From assembly GCA_024704765.1 (NCBI GenBank), contig JAKMXF010000041.1, positions 1 through 64,000 of the forward strand: 64,000 bases of DNA, in the 5' to 3' direction. Every line of letters starts with the position of its first letter. Position 1 is the stretch's first letter. This document shows positions 13,009-25,746 of this stretch, piece by piece. The notes below the pieces were generated by a model that saw only the letters and a list, made by a program, of their open reading frames with translations, had not been told where the DNA came from and searched no databases. This DNA is from Oopsacas minuta (lineage: Eukaryota; Animalia; Porifera). Position numbers and translations under genes: made by a program.

Positions 13009-15180
13009 CAATCACAAAATACCGCCTATATTTCCAGGGTTTTTGTATTGTAAGTGTGCAATGTCGTGTATCCTTGTTGTAAGTAAAATTGCCATTATTT
13101 TGATGTTAGTGTTATGAAGATATAAAGATAGTAGCAAATGTAGAACATATCCGAATTAACATGTTTGGAACAATGTAATATCGTAAATCTTGGAATACAA
13201 AACAATGTAAATTATTAATCAAGTCACATCATCTCTAATGGAGTAATAAATACAGTAAACTCGGATAAGACATACGATTTCTTTGAAAAATTCAATAATG
13301 AACAATAAGATTTCTAGTATAAATCATTTGATTCTTAATTAATAGCTAATAATCTGGTGGAACTCTAACGGACTTACGATCTTTGACACAAACCTAACTA
13401 CTCAAATCCGATGCAAAATCTCTAAATTTTTGTTCCTATTTTCTTTTACTATCCTTTTCTTTGTCAAGATGTAATCACGTTCACATCTTTGAACTGCCAA
13501 ATCTACTTAGGTATTCATCTTCATAGTAACTGAGTTGATATATTGGTTAATAGAATAATATGTCTATTATATAGGGGATACAATTTTAGGAAATCCTTAT
13601 GCATACACTATCTTGCAACCAAATATCTAACTTTATTTAACCATATTTTGAACCTATGATTCCTGAAAAATCTCTGTGGCAACTTTACAGATTTCTCATG
13701 TCCTTGCTGTTTTAAGATTCATTCCACTCCTACTTGTCCTAGAAGATCTATCTCCCATCTAGCATCTGAATGAAGTAAAGCTTTCCCCACTCAAAATCAT
13801 TAAGAAGAAATTATCTAATAATATTAAATGTTATAAAAGGATCGAAAAATTTCACATAAGCCGCTAAGAGAACTAGTCTACACACCAAATTATATTTATA
13901 TTAAAGTATACATAACAAATTTACATCCGATACATATTACAAATGACAATATACAAACATCAACGACTAATATTTGAACAAATTTTATACACACAACAAT
14001 AGACAGGGACAGATTGGACAGATTGGACAGATTGTTACCGCGACACACAACATTTGCTATATTATGCAACAGATGTATGGATTGGATTATCTAATCAACT
14101 ATTGAGAACATATTATTATATGAAACAATTCATGAGTTCTTAAACCAAGAAACTAAGATTGATTAATAATTATTTCTCAAACGCACATTCACCTCAAGCA
14201 CAAATCAATTCAACATATTCAATAAATTTGAAAGAAAACGTACAAAATATTCAAAATATAGAAAAATAATAAAGGCATAGTACAATATTCAATGATTTCA
14301 TCTATTAGCTCAGAAACCAGAACTAGATGTACAAATCCCGAGTAAATGAACCCAGAATGTAATATTTATTCTCATATACACTCAGCTATCAACTCTAATC
14401 CATTCAACACCTTTAACGAAAAATGAACTATACGTATGTTTAATGAATTCCCAAATTTTACTTACAATTACAATATGTATACAATATTGGATTATTCCGA
14501 ACCAGATCCATAATTCTTCAACTTTGAACACAGAAATCCTATACACAGATACATCAATCCAATAATAATGACACCCTTATTTACCCACAACCATTCCCCA
14601 CATTCCTGAGTTTTCGTAACAATGATGAATAACTTTCATCTTTTCCTCTGACATTATTCCAGAGCTTTGCATACAAGTGTATACAACTGGTGAGTCCTAA
14701 TAATTATTTCGAAGAAAATATTGAAGTATATGACAGAAAATATAGATGTTAATAACTAAGGAAGTCCTTTAATCAGGACATAATGAACAGAATAACTGAC
14801 CAAAAGAATTCTATATAAAAGAGGATAGACTCTTTTCCTCAAATTTCTTCGTTCTCTACATACAACTGAGTAGATAGTCAAACGTCTGCTGGGCCATATA
14901 AATAATATTATTGTTCTTATTATTGTTTACAAACTAGTTTAAACTCTACTGGCAATTAACTAAACAAACTAGTGACAAATTTAATACAAATACGTGTTTA
15001 CAATTTGTAGAACATTAAAACAATAAAACAAAAACAACAAAACCAGACGAAGACAGAATGTTACCACGACAAAAATATTTGTAGTATGGACGTATGATCT
15101 CAATTACTCTAGCAATATATCACAGATGAATTATTGATGATTTCGGATTCTATAACTGGAATATGTGCATAGCTAGCTTN

Positions 15181-15504
15181 TATCCTATACAATATGTACT
15201 TGTTGTCTATCCTATACAATATGTACTTGTTGTTTATCCTATACAATATGTACTTGTTGTCTATCCTATACAATATGTACTTGTTGTCTATCCTATACAA
15301 TATGTACTTGTTGTTTATCCTATACAATATGTACTTGTTGTCTATCCTATACAATATGTACTTGTTGTCTATCCTATACAATATGTACTTGTTGTTTATC
15401 CTATACAATATGTACTTGTTGTCTATCCTATACAATATGTACTTGTTGTTTATCCTATACAATATGTACTTGTTGTCTATCCTATACAATATGTACTTGT
15501 TGTT
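15181..15504. repeat. 27-bp tandem repeat, 12 copies
   Basis: Unit TATCCTATACAATATGTACTTGTTGT(C/T); starts right after N 15180. Confidence 0.97.
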
Positions 15505-15656
15505 GTATGAATTGATGGCATATACAAACAGCAATCAGACAATTTAATGAATATTCGTTGCTACCTCTCCCACATCCTTACTAATATCATTTAACGTATC
15601 TTTGCTGACAATATAAATATTATTACATACATAAACTGATAGAAGAATGAAATGTA

Positions 15657-16010
15657 TTATACATTTATAGAAGTGATGATGACTTTCAGTGTAGATTTCC
15701 TGCCCTTGTTGGCTTGGCAAATGGCGCAAAAGCGTACGAAGAGGGCAATCACATCACGAAGCACATGATAGTTGTGGCTCAGGAAATACTTGTGCATCCT
15801 GTCTCGTCCCCCATGACTGAGCTCCTGATGTGCGGCCACTAACATATCCCACAGGTCTTCCTTGGCCACTACACGTAACTTGCTCCGTGTAATACCCCGG
15901 TACTCACCTTCTTTCAAGTATAGGATCTTTGCACCCTCAAACTCCTCCACAGAATAGCGCAACTTGGTCCTGTCCCAATTGCGATCGTTTGTATTGCAAT
16001 TATCTTTTCT
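15657..16010 (-). mobile_element. Ginger2/KRBA2-like integrase HHCC zinc-binding fragment
   Basis: AAHQELSHGGRDRM...LFVRFCAICQANK; no catalytic core follows. Confidence 0.75.
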
Positions 16011-16806
16011 GTAAGCCTCTATAGTCCTATCTCTCCTTCTCTCCCCACCAACTTGTTGAGCAAGGTAATAGGAATTCTCGGTCTATTGGTGTTCGTATTA
16101 ACGAGGTGTTGTATAGTACTAACCTTTATACTTACAAGATTTTACAATCGACTAACAATACCAAATACCCTATGCTTTGATCAGGGTCTTCGAGTATATA
16201 AAGTAGATAAGAATCCAGATAACTCATGCATTTAGCTAAGCATTTCGACCTAGCAACTTTTGAACCTCAGCTTCAAATATGTGTTGTTCCAAAATAAAAA
16301 CAAAAAGTGACTTGTCCAAATGAACAACACAATAATAAGCACAATACATATTTATAGAAACTTTTTAGAAGAATATCCGCAGTAACTGTTGCGTGATACA
16401 CAGGTGGTATTATAGGCCTAACACCCTAGTAGCATCTAGGTAACTTTGGTATGTTTGTTGAATAGTAATTACGCAAATATATTTACATTTTAGTTAACCC
16501 ATAATATCATAACTAGCAAATTATTTAAGAATAACCTTACTCAATTTGGACGGAGACATCTCCATTCTAAGTGTTGTTTAGTGAATTAATAGAATTAGAC
16601 TAGCTCTTAATGTGTCAAACAAACTTAGAGGGATAGATCGAATATGCTATATTTCTGCATTAGAAATCTCGATCAATTATCTTACAAATATATATGATAT
16701 TTCCACCAACCTTTTTAATTCAGTCTTTAGTACAAAGTAATAATTTTTTAATAGTTCTTCGTCTAATATTGTGAGCCACTTACTTAGTTCTGTAGTGTAC
16801 TATTAT

Positions 16807-17091
16807 TCAGTAGTGAATGTTTCTAGAGTTTGTGTGTATATTATGCATTAGCTGGTGAGCTGTTAGTATGTTGTTGCAATGTAGCTTGATTGTTTTCTGT
16901 AGCGGGTGCAATTCCATTGTTGCAACTGTGTTGTTATTTGTGATTCTAATGTGTAATCGTTGCTTAAATTGGTAAATATGATTTTGATTGCACATATGGT
17001 TTTTGCCCCAATACATTGTTTTATCCGGAAAATGAAACTTATAATTGCACTTCAAGAATAAATATGATCCTGAAACCTGGGCAACTCTCAA
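16807..17091 (-). mobile_element. Possible highly decayed LINE 3' remnant
   Basis: Only a weak resemblance (H.N.HTN/HxYNTR-like tail); no RT motif. Confidence 0.2.
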
Positions 17092-17239
17092 AGCGGGGCT
17101 CTACTGTAGTAGATAAACATGAATAAACAGATATAAATACTTTTTAAATGAGGCTGAGAAGCTGTAGGTCAGCAGCTACCACATCCTTTACGTCTGTCCT
17201 TTGTCATTGGTAACTGCAACTTTGGAGGAGGAGAATTGG

Positions 17240-18090
17240 AGATGGAGCATGGCAGTGGATTTGAGGAAAAAGAGTAAGACAAAAATACACAAAAAGGTAC
17301 AGAGATAGTGAAGCGCACGAGTGAACATACTTATGCGCCTTGACGAGAAGGCTGTGAGCTCATGCGAGACGAAGGTGGGTACTGCTGCTAAATTCTCCAA
17401 ATTGGACAACCTGAAGCGGACAATACAGTGACAGTACAGCCTACCACTCTAGCGAAGCTAGCTCTATCAACAGCATGCCAGTAGACAGCTAAAGGGAGCA
17501 GATCCTACTCTACGACTTTGGTGCAGACGATGTACACAGATTTCTTATCTTCGGGACATAACGCAACCTCAGGATGCTGCGATAAAGCAAGATCTGGTTA
17601 GCTGACGGCACCTTCATGACGGCAGCTAGTAAGATCTTGCTTGGCTGCTGCAGCATCCGAGGTTGCGTTGTGTCCCGAAGATGAGGAATCTGTGTACATC
17701 ATCTGCCCCAGAGTCGTAGAGTAGAACTCCTCTCCCTTGGCAGTCTGCTGATATAATGGTAGTAGAGCGTACTCTACTTGAGTGGTGAGTTGTACTGGTG
17801 CTGCGAGTACACTAGCACGTTGGCGTTGTATCATCCGCTTCAGGCTGTCCACTTAGGGTAGTTTAGTAGCAGTACCCTCTGATGCCGTCTGCAAACTCTC
17901 GCCCACTATGTAGTGTGCGCTATACTAGCACTCTCGCGCTTTCCTCTTTATACCCACCTTCGTCTCGCAGCAGCTCACAACCTGCTCATCAGGGGCGTGA
18001 GATGGGATCACTCGTGTCCTTCACTATCTCTGTACCTTTGGTGTGAATCCTCGCATTACAATTTCCTCTCTCCTCGCACTGCCAATGCAC
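17240..18090. mobile_element. Inverted pair of FLYWCH-MULE transposase 5' fragments
   Basis: Left arm (+) reads ...DDVHRFLIFGT..WLADGTF; right arm (-) reads HWQCEERGNCNARIHTK...SLKRMIQRQR...YQQTAKGEEF..; the arms are homologous around a centre near 17613. Confidence 0.85.
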
Positions 18091-18252
18091 CACATCAATA
18101 ATCCTCCTCTGAAGTGTATATAATTATCATCCCTCTAACATCATATTACCTCCTCTGATCGTCTTGATCAACTTAAAATGTTGATCAGGAGGAGGCTCTG
18201 CTATTTTCAAGTTTCAAAAGTTAAATTATCTTAAACGTCCATGCCACTAAAG

Positions 18253-20013
18253 CAGTGTTTCTCAAACTTTTTTCGCACAGCGCCCTTTGTCAACAATATT
18301 CCCTCGATACCGCCCCCCTCCAGAAAGTCTAAATCTTTTTACTACACTCGTATTTGTTAATGATAATAAGTAATATTTATCAATTAATGAGAAGGGTGTA
18401 CTTGAGCGTGATGTTCGTCGATAATCCCATTTATATCTGGTTTCATATCAGTGAGCAGCAATCTCAAATCTCCGCATTGAGAAATATCGAGTCTGTTTCT
18501 TTGCTTCGTTAGTAATTGAACGACTGCACTAAAACCTCTCTCAACGAGATATGATGTCGGAAACGCCAGAACTAGCAGTTTTGCTACTTTCCACAAATTG
18601 GGAAATTTATTTCGTCCTGCGATTGCAATCCAAAGTCTTTCATACCCCATCATTGTAAAATGAGCTTTTTCCTCGCAATCACTTTGCAAGTCCATCAACT
18701 CTTCCTGCAAATAGAGTGGAACTGTTGGGGCAGCCACACAGAAAGGGTCAATTAGCCAATGAGGCGGTTCAAGTTCCAACAAGTCAGTGAATCGCTTGAT
18801 CATATCCGCTTTCAGTACTTCAAGATGTTCACAATATGCTAGCAAATCGTCATCTGAAATTTGGAGTCCTGCTAGGTGAGGGAACTGGTAAAATTCTCGT
18901 CGAGCGATATTTTGTTTAAATAACGTTAGTTTCCCTATGAAGGAGCTGACAACAGTTTTACACTTGACCAGAGTGACTAAATTGCCTTGTAGTTGCAAGT
19001 TGATTGCGTTGAACTTATCAAAAATGTCAGTCAAGTAAGCTACATCTGATTTGGCTGCACTGACAAGCTGCATTAACTGCGGGTTCTCTTCCTCTAAAAA
19101 TTCTAAAATCGTGTCGAAAAGACTGTAGAACCGACTGAGACACTTTCCTTTTGAGAGCCACCTCACTTCTGTGTGCAAAAGCAGACGTTCAAATTCAGTT
19201 TCGTTTTCGTGACATATTTGGCGAAATATTCTTTCCTTGACTGCAGAAGCTTTAATTTTATTAATAACAGTAATGACGATATGCAATGAGTTATGCAAGC
19301 GACCACTTAGATGTTTTGCTACCAATGTTCTCGATGGACGACGCAGTGAATAGCGAAAACCTCAGGCACAGCATTTTTCAAGTACGAAATGAAACCACGA
19401 TGCCTACCAACCATAGCTGGCGCCCCATCTGTTGCACAAGCAATGATATTATTCATGGGAATTTCCTTTTCCTGAAAGAAATTTTCCACGACTTTGTAGA
19501 TAGATTCACCTTTTGTATCAGTTACTAGTGGTCTAGCAAACAACATTTCTTCAACCATTATTCCTTCGAGAATATATCGGACATATGCAAGGAGCAGTGC
19601 TTCGTTATCTGGCAATGTGGATTCGTCAATTTGAAGAGAAAATTCCGTTGTTTTAAGTATACTGTATAGTGTTTTCTCAACATCACTAGCCATCAAATTT
19701 ATTCTCCTAGCCACAGTATCATTGCTTAACGGCATGGACTTAATCACACTTCGCCCATCTGAATGCATAACAGTTGTAACTGCTTCCTGGATTGCAGGTA
19801 AAATGAGGTTTTCACCCATTGTATGTGGCTTACCAGATTTTGCAATTAGTAACGAAATGTTATAGGAGGCAACCAAACCATCAATGTTTTGTCTATCTAT
19901 TTTTCCAAATATTCCGCCCATTGTTTTTCGGCTGTCTCTCATTTTAATGAAGAATTGCACATCTTTCTCTACCTTATCACTGTGGCGCGATTTCAGATGA
20001 TCAATCATTCTTG
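18253..20013 (-). mobile_element. Buster/Charlie-type hAT, 3' end and body (copy 1)
   Basis: TIR CAGTGTTTCTCAAA at 18253; ORFs 19319-20035 and 18384-19325 with FSLQIDES, ACATDGAPAM, HTEVRWLS, LVERGFS; 1-bp deletion near 19322. Confidence 0.95.
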
Positions 20014-20354
20014 ATGTATATACTCTACACCCCACTATTTAATATATTAGCACATGGGTACTAGTAGCGCATGCGCCAGGTACTTTTTAATATCTCGATA
20101 ATTAATCTTACTTGGAAATCTATTTCTTTAATATTAGAATATTTATGTCAAATTTCTCTTACAGATGAATGCTTTTGGTAAGTTTATACTAATATTAATT
20201 AATTGGAATTAGTATTTTGGGCCAAAATTCCATTAATTATCGCTAATAATATATGATTGACCAAATGTTCAATAGTAAAGAGCTCATTAGCCTTGTATAG
20301 GTATATAAGTGATCTTTGATTGGGGATAGTATGTTATTTCAGTTTGTATACAAT

Positions 20355-20593
20355 TCAAGATCGGGAAAATTAGAGAAGAAGAAGAAGAAGGTGTTACTGA
20401 TGCTGCACTAATTTGGCCAACCTCAAATATATACTTACCCAAGAAGTGGGGCTGTCGGTCTTGCTTCTTCACGTGTGATGACCTTTGGGTCATGACCGGC
20501 CACGTGGAGAAGCATGTTCAGACAGTCTCCCATCAGGTAGCAGGCGATCGTTATCATCCGGTGTACAACTTAATAGTCAAACATTATGATTAA
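20355..20593 (+). CDS. Small exon-like ORF with a C2H2-like motif, paralog of 22239-22530
   Basis: KIGKIREEEEEGVTDAALIW...WGCRSCFFTCDDLWVMTGHVEKH; AG acceptor-like sequence upstream. Confidence 0.45.
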
Positions 20594-21080
20594 TGAATTG
20601 TGTATTTTAGTTTTATTTGTAGTTATATAGTACTTAGTATATATTTGGTTAATAAATTAGTGAATGAGATTGCAAAGTTACGTAGACTCACATGTAATTT
20701 AATTGAAGGTAATTAAGGGTAATAGGAGCAGAAGGAATATATCTATGTCATGTATGTTTTCTTTTTGCTTAGTTAGGAACCGAGCTCTGGACGAGGATAT
20801 GGCAAGTACATTTTAGTTTTTGGATACTAGTGTGAAGTTAGCAGACTATTCGCTCAGGGACACTTCAGTCACTAATTTGACTCACTTATACTCAGCAGAT
20901 TTAAATGAAATTTGTATCATTGGAAAGAGGAGATTTAGACGTTTTACACAATATGTTTTGGTTTTATAAATTCACTTTTAGTTACATTTTTAGTTCGAAT
21001 TTTTAGGATCACGACTCCCTTGAATTCACCCACCTAAAAGTCAGAATTTGATTCTGAAATTTTCTAGGCATACTTTAGTG

Positions 21081-21592
21081 CAGTGTTTCTCAAAGTGGGC
21101 CGTAGAGCCCCCTGGGGGGCGCTGTGGGTTATAGAAAGCGAAACAGAGATACGACCTCAGGTCAAAAAAGTGGTATCATATTCCTCATTATTCATTAACA
21201 ATAGGTGCTAGCAAATACTTCAATTATCAAAGCCATTTACAGTGGTAATACTCTTGGTGATTATTAACAACAGCTAATCCTTAAAATGAATGAAGAATTC
21301 TTTTGTTATAATGTCTATGGCTTTCCTAATCGAAATATAATTATCATTGTTCTTCAAACAAATGTAAACTTCGTAATAGTTAGTAATCTGTTTAATTTCA
21401 ATATAAATACATACGAAGAAATCTAAACCGAAAGGAATTGATAAACTCGATCGAAGAAATGAATAGTAAAAGAAGTGTAGACAGTATAGTGCTGATTATA
21501 TCAAATACGGATTTGTTAAATCTCCTTCCAATGAACAACTCCCAATGTGTTTGTTGTGTGAACAAGTATTTTCTAATGAGGGAATGAAGCCG
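21081..21592 (+). mobile_element. Buster/Charlie-type hAT, 5' end of copy 1 in opposite orientation
   Basis: TIR CAGTGTTTCTCAAAGTGGGCC; matches the reverse complement of about 50908-51484; stops at ...GAAGCCG. Confidence 0.95.
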
Positions 21593-21639
21593 TAGTGGCT
21601 TTGAAGATTAGATAATTTTAATCGTTCGCTATTGCAAGA

Positions 21640-21900
21640 CAAACTGCTGCCGCGAATAATCCGCAGTCCGAAACACCTCTCTGTTGTTGAATAAGGGCAA
21701 ATGTCACTGTCATCTTTCCAGCACTACGTCCATATAACAGAGCCAGTTGTATATCCAGCTCTCCACTCGTTCTGCCAGTCGCAAGGGATCAATCACACGC
21801 CGTAAAATTGCCTTCAACATCAACACTGGAGCATACCCAATGGAGTCTTCCATCATGGTGAATTTGAATGCTGGGACGAGGAGCTCTGACAAATTGTCTG
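21640..21900 (-). pseudogene. Ulp1/C48-like protease domain fragment, probably transposon-derived
   Basis: Minus frame IQIHHDGRLHWVCSS...CD*SL...QQQRGVSDCGLFAAAVCLAIA (H, D, Q, C arrangement) with one in-frame stop. Confidence 0.7.
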
Positions 21901-22238
21901 TCCTAAAGAAAATACATAAAATACTTTGTTACAAAACTCATACAAAGTGAGCATGGTTCCTATAACATACCTTAGAGAGAATCTTGTCCTGGAGACCTGC
22001 ACATGAGGATACGTATTCTTCAAGAGTGCCAGCTACCAGTAACGCATGCGTCAGGTACTATTAAATAGATGTATGTTTCCCATATTTGCAGTAAAATTCC
22101 AAACATCTGTTTGCATTAACAAAGCTACTGCAAATATTCCAGATCAGTTCCCTAAGTTGTGTTCTTAGATCAATATAATTTCCATCTGAGTCTAAGTAAC
22201 TTTGCAATCTCATTCATTAATTCATTAAATAGAATATA

Positions 22239-22530
22239 CTAAATACTACACACAAGTAAGATACAAACTAAAATACACAATTCATTAATTATAATGTTTA
22301 TTATTAATTTATATACAGGGTGGTAAGGATCTCTTGCTGACTGTTGAGGGACTGTCAGCACATGCTTCTCCACGTGTTCGGTCATGACCCAAAGGTCATC
22401 ACACGTGAAGAAGCAAGACTGACAGCCATACTTCTTGGGTAAGTATATGTTATTAGAACTTGACCAGACTAAGGCAGCATCAGTAGCACCTTCTTCTACT
22501 TCCCTCATTTTCCCGATCTTTCGTACTAGC
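22239..22530 (-). CDS. Small exon-like ORF with a C2H2-like motif, paralog of 20355-20593
   Basis: KIGKMREVEEGATDAALVW...YGCQSCFFTCDDLWVMTEHVEKH. Confidence 0.45.
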
Positions 22531-22662
22531 AACAATACAGAAACGAATATGATTAGCATTTGTACGTGTCTTTCAGTTTATAATAATTGTATTTGTACGC
22601 GCCCGGGTATAGCCAATATATTAGAATGCTCTTGTCAGATTTGAATAGGTGCTAACCTTATA

Positions 22663-22884
22663 CCGTATTTCCCCGAATAAGCGCCGGTCTATTATAAGTG
22701 CCCGTTTTAATAAACGCTAAGGATTGAAATTCATTGATCAGTAAAGGTATACGTGTATGGTATATCACAAGTTTGAATGAATGAATAATGTTCACATTGT
22801 GATTCTATCGATTAAAAAACTGAAAGTAGGTGTAATATTGTATTCCCCAAATAAGCGCCCTGGCGCTTATTCGGGGAAATACGG
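22663..22884. mobile_element. pogo/Tigger-like MITE
   Basis: TIR CCGTATTTCCCCGAATAAGCGCC at both ends, TA TSD. Confidence 0.9.
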
Positions 22885-23148
22885 TACCTAGTTGAATAGT
22901 ACCGATTACCTTAAAGCAATAGTTCTAAACTGTGACTAACACCGGAAAAGACTATTGACTGACAGATAGATATGCCCACACGTATGACCAATATCCAATA
23001 TCCACTCCATTCAACTAATATCAGAATATTGGAATACAGTACAGTCAACAGTACACTAGAAAGGCAATTTAGTTGAATGAATTTAGAAGCAATACTTTGA
23101 ACGGCCTTATAATCATCTAAACAACAACTGGGATACTATAGTGATATA

Positions 23149-23228
23149 CCGTATTTCCCCAAATAAGCGTCGGGGGTTTCATGTGCACGAAAAAATAAGC
23201 GTCAGGGCGCTTATTCGGGGAAATATGG
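23149..23228. mobile_element. 80-bp MITE of the same family as 22663-22884
   Basis: CCGTATTTCCCCAAATAAGCG ... CGCTTATTCGGGGAAATATGG, TA flanks. Confidence 0.85.
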
Positions 23229-23282
23229 TATTTCACAACATTTAAGAGGAATAATTTATCAATAAATAATGATTAAGATTGA

Positions 23283-23420
23283 CTGTGCGCTTCACTATCT
23301 CAATTCCCTTCGTATGAAACTTTGCTTTACACCCTCCTCTTTGCTCACACTGCCAATGCGTCATCTCTCCAATTGTCCGATGCATCAAACTTGCCAACCT
23401 CTGCTGCTGCTAAAGATCAT
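23283..23420 (-). mobile_element. Third FLYWCH fragment of the MULE family seen at 17240-18090
   Basis: Minus strand reads approximately HRTIGEMTHWQCEQRGGCKAKFHTKGIEIVKRT. Confidence 0.7.
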
Positions 23421-24592
23421 TGCCACGCCACAATAATTTCATTGTAATTGTCTCATAAGGAAATATGTCAATAAGAATAAGAAACGAACCGTATTTATTC
23501 AAATAGTAGCCCCCCTAAGAGGGGGTTAAAATTAATATCTAGGGGAGTTGTTCTCAAACTTTAAGACTCCATTCCATAATCGTAGCGTATATCTGAGGGC
23601 TTCTCGATCCCCTCAAATTAACTTTATTTACTCAGCGATCATCACAATTGAAGACCGCCCCACTTCTCGTGAGCTTCAGCCAGGCCTGAGCGTCACACAC
23701 TATTATGAGCGGGGACAACCGAAACTTAGAGGCCGACAAGCGAATTAGTGTCAGCTTAGTTTTATGGGGCAGTGATAATACAGTTTGACGCGTTTCGGTC
23801 CCGATTTTCGTTATCACTGCCTTATGTTTATGTAAAAGTAGTTTAGTGTGTCGTCTAGTGTTGATACACTACAGATCAGATTTACTAAGGTCGAAATGGC
23901 TATATTAAGTAATCATAAGAATGACCAGTACAAATATTAAAGAATTGCCAAGATAAAGTGCCAAAGTTTCTGAGCTATGGCGCAGACTATGGATTGCACG
24001 TGTTTTGTTAATATCCCCTATTAACTCGATAATCGCGGAAATTATGGTAAATTCAGCATAGCCATTTTATAGTATACAGTCAGGGTTGCGGTGGGAATGG
24101 GAATTGAAATTCCTTTCCCACGACAACCCTAGTACACACCCAACTTCCCATACCCTTGTAATATTTTTTATATCATATCTCTAAAAATTATTGCACAATT
24201 GCATAAATGACCATATTTGGACATAGTCATAATTACGACATATTGGTAAGAGATATCATATCAAAATGTATTATAAGGATATGGGAAGTCAGGTGTATAC
24301 TCAATTGGATATGCTGAATTGACCATAAGTGGAACAATTATCGAGTTGTAAAAGAACTTATGACATCCATGGTTAGGACTACGAGCTCCTGAATCTGACA
24401 ATGAACAAGAAACCGATACGGAAACTTAGTTAGTTTAGGTTAGTATAGGTTCTATTATTAGTGTTAGGTAGATTATTATATTAAAAGTAAATAAAACAAG
24501 ATATAGTTTAATTATATGATAAGGGAATACATTAGAGATCAAGGGTTAAATCAACTAAGAATAAGTAACTATAGTAGTAATATCAGCCCTCA

Positions 24593-25153
24593 CTACAGGT
24601 AGATGTACGGGTACAACTTGGGGAGGGGCTGCTCCAACGTGGTGGGAAGAGGTGATTCTTCGGCGGTATGCTGCCCACTCCAAAGGTCGTTCCTCTTTGA
24701 CAGCAGGGTATTGGTCGTCCGGGCTTCTGTTAGAGAGGATAATATAATGGGTACTTGCATTGGGCAGCTTGGATCCCTTGACCTCGAGCAATGGGGGGTT
24801 GGCATCACAACTGGCGTTCCAGGCATGTAAGGGAATAGCCCCTGCGAATTCATCAAAGAGGATGACGGGTTGGAAGGAATAGCCGTCATACCACTTGTCA
24901 CCTGGGGCCTTTTTGAAGTAGGGGATATTGTACGTGGAGGACCTCTTGCGTTGTAAACGTCTTGCCCAATCCGGTGGAGCCCCACAAGTAGAGCACGGAG
25001 GCTGGGAGGGTCCATGGTTAGGACTACGAGGTGCAGGACTATGAGCTCCTGAGTTGATTCTACTGGAATAAATTGATTGTTCTTAACTTGACGCACGAAT
25101 CGGTGAGGTAATCTAGGAAGGGGAATATTTGGAGTGTTAATTATTTGAGGCAC
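24593..25153 (-). CDS. Pro/Ser/Thr-rich ORF of unknown function
   Basis: 186-codon open frame in a locally GC-richer island (140 aa from the ATG near 25015); no recognisable domain. Confidence 0.3.
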   Translation of the reverse strand: MPQIINTPNIPLPRLPHRFVRQVKNNQFIPVESTQELIVLHLVVLTMDPPSLRALLVGLHRIGQDVYNARGPPRTISPTSKRPQVTSGMTAIPSNPSSSLMNSQGLFPYMPGTPVVMPTPHCSRSRDPSCPMQVPIILSSLTEARTTNTLLSKRNDLWSGQHTAEESPLPTTLEQPLPKLYPYIYL

Positions 25154-25746
25154 GAAGGCGCCGAGCTACTTAGGTATTAGTGTGAATTTATTCAATCGAG
25201 GGCTGTAGGCCTAAGTGTGGCCACGGAAATGTTCGCAACCGTGTGGCGCGAGCAAGCGAATCGGCTTGTAATTATACATTTGGGTGAATTATCTCAGAAC
25301 TAGAATCAAACGTTACAGTATTTATATCGTAAACATAAACATATAAGTTCTATGTTAGCAAAGAGAGGTAGGGCTGATAGGACTGATAGGGCTGAGTAGG
25401 GCTGATCTTTAGTTAATTTCTTTTTCTCAATTTTAATTTTGGTCTCTTGGGAGTCTTTGGGGAGTAATGGGAGATAAAAAAGTAACTTCCTTGATGTTCC
25501 GTATCTTCCTTTGCCCTCTCAGCGAAGACTTTAATTCTTTCATAATATTTTCCTTTCTATTCTTTCCAAAACATCAACTACTTCATATCAGGTTCCATCA
25601 ATACTAAAGTTCTTGGAAATATTTTAAAGAACTTTAGTATTGATGGAACTTGATCAGCCCTACCTTCCGACAGACTAGGACAAGTAAAGGAGGACAGAAG
25701 TTACTAGCAGGAGGCTACATATAAAACCTTGTTCTGAACATACATA

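Noticed and set aside
15109-15547. Repetitive ORFs on both strands (NKYILYRID, YPIQYVLVV)
   Set aside because: They arise from a stop-free 27-bp tandem repeat.
23765-23825. Hammerhead-like CGAAACGCGTC on the minus strand within an 11-bp stem
   Set aside because: The CUGANGA core is absent; at most a decayed relic.
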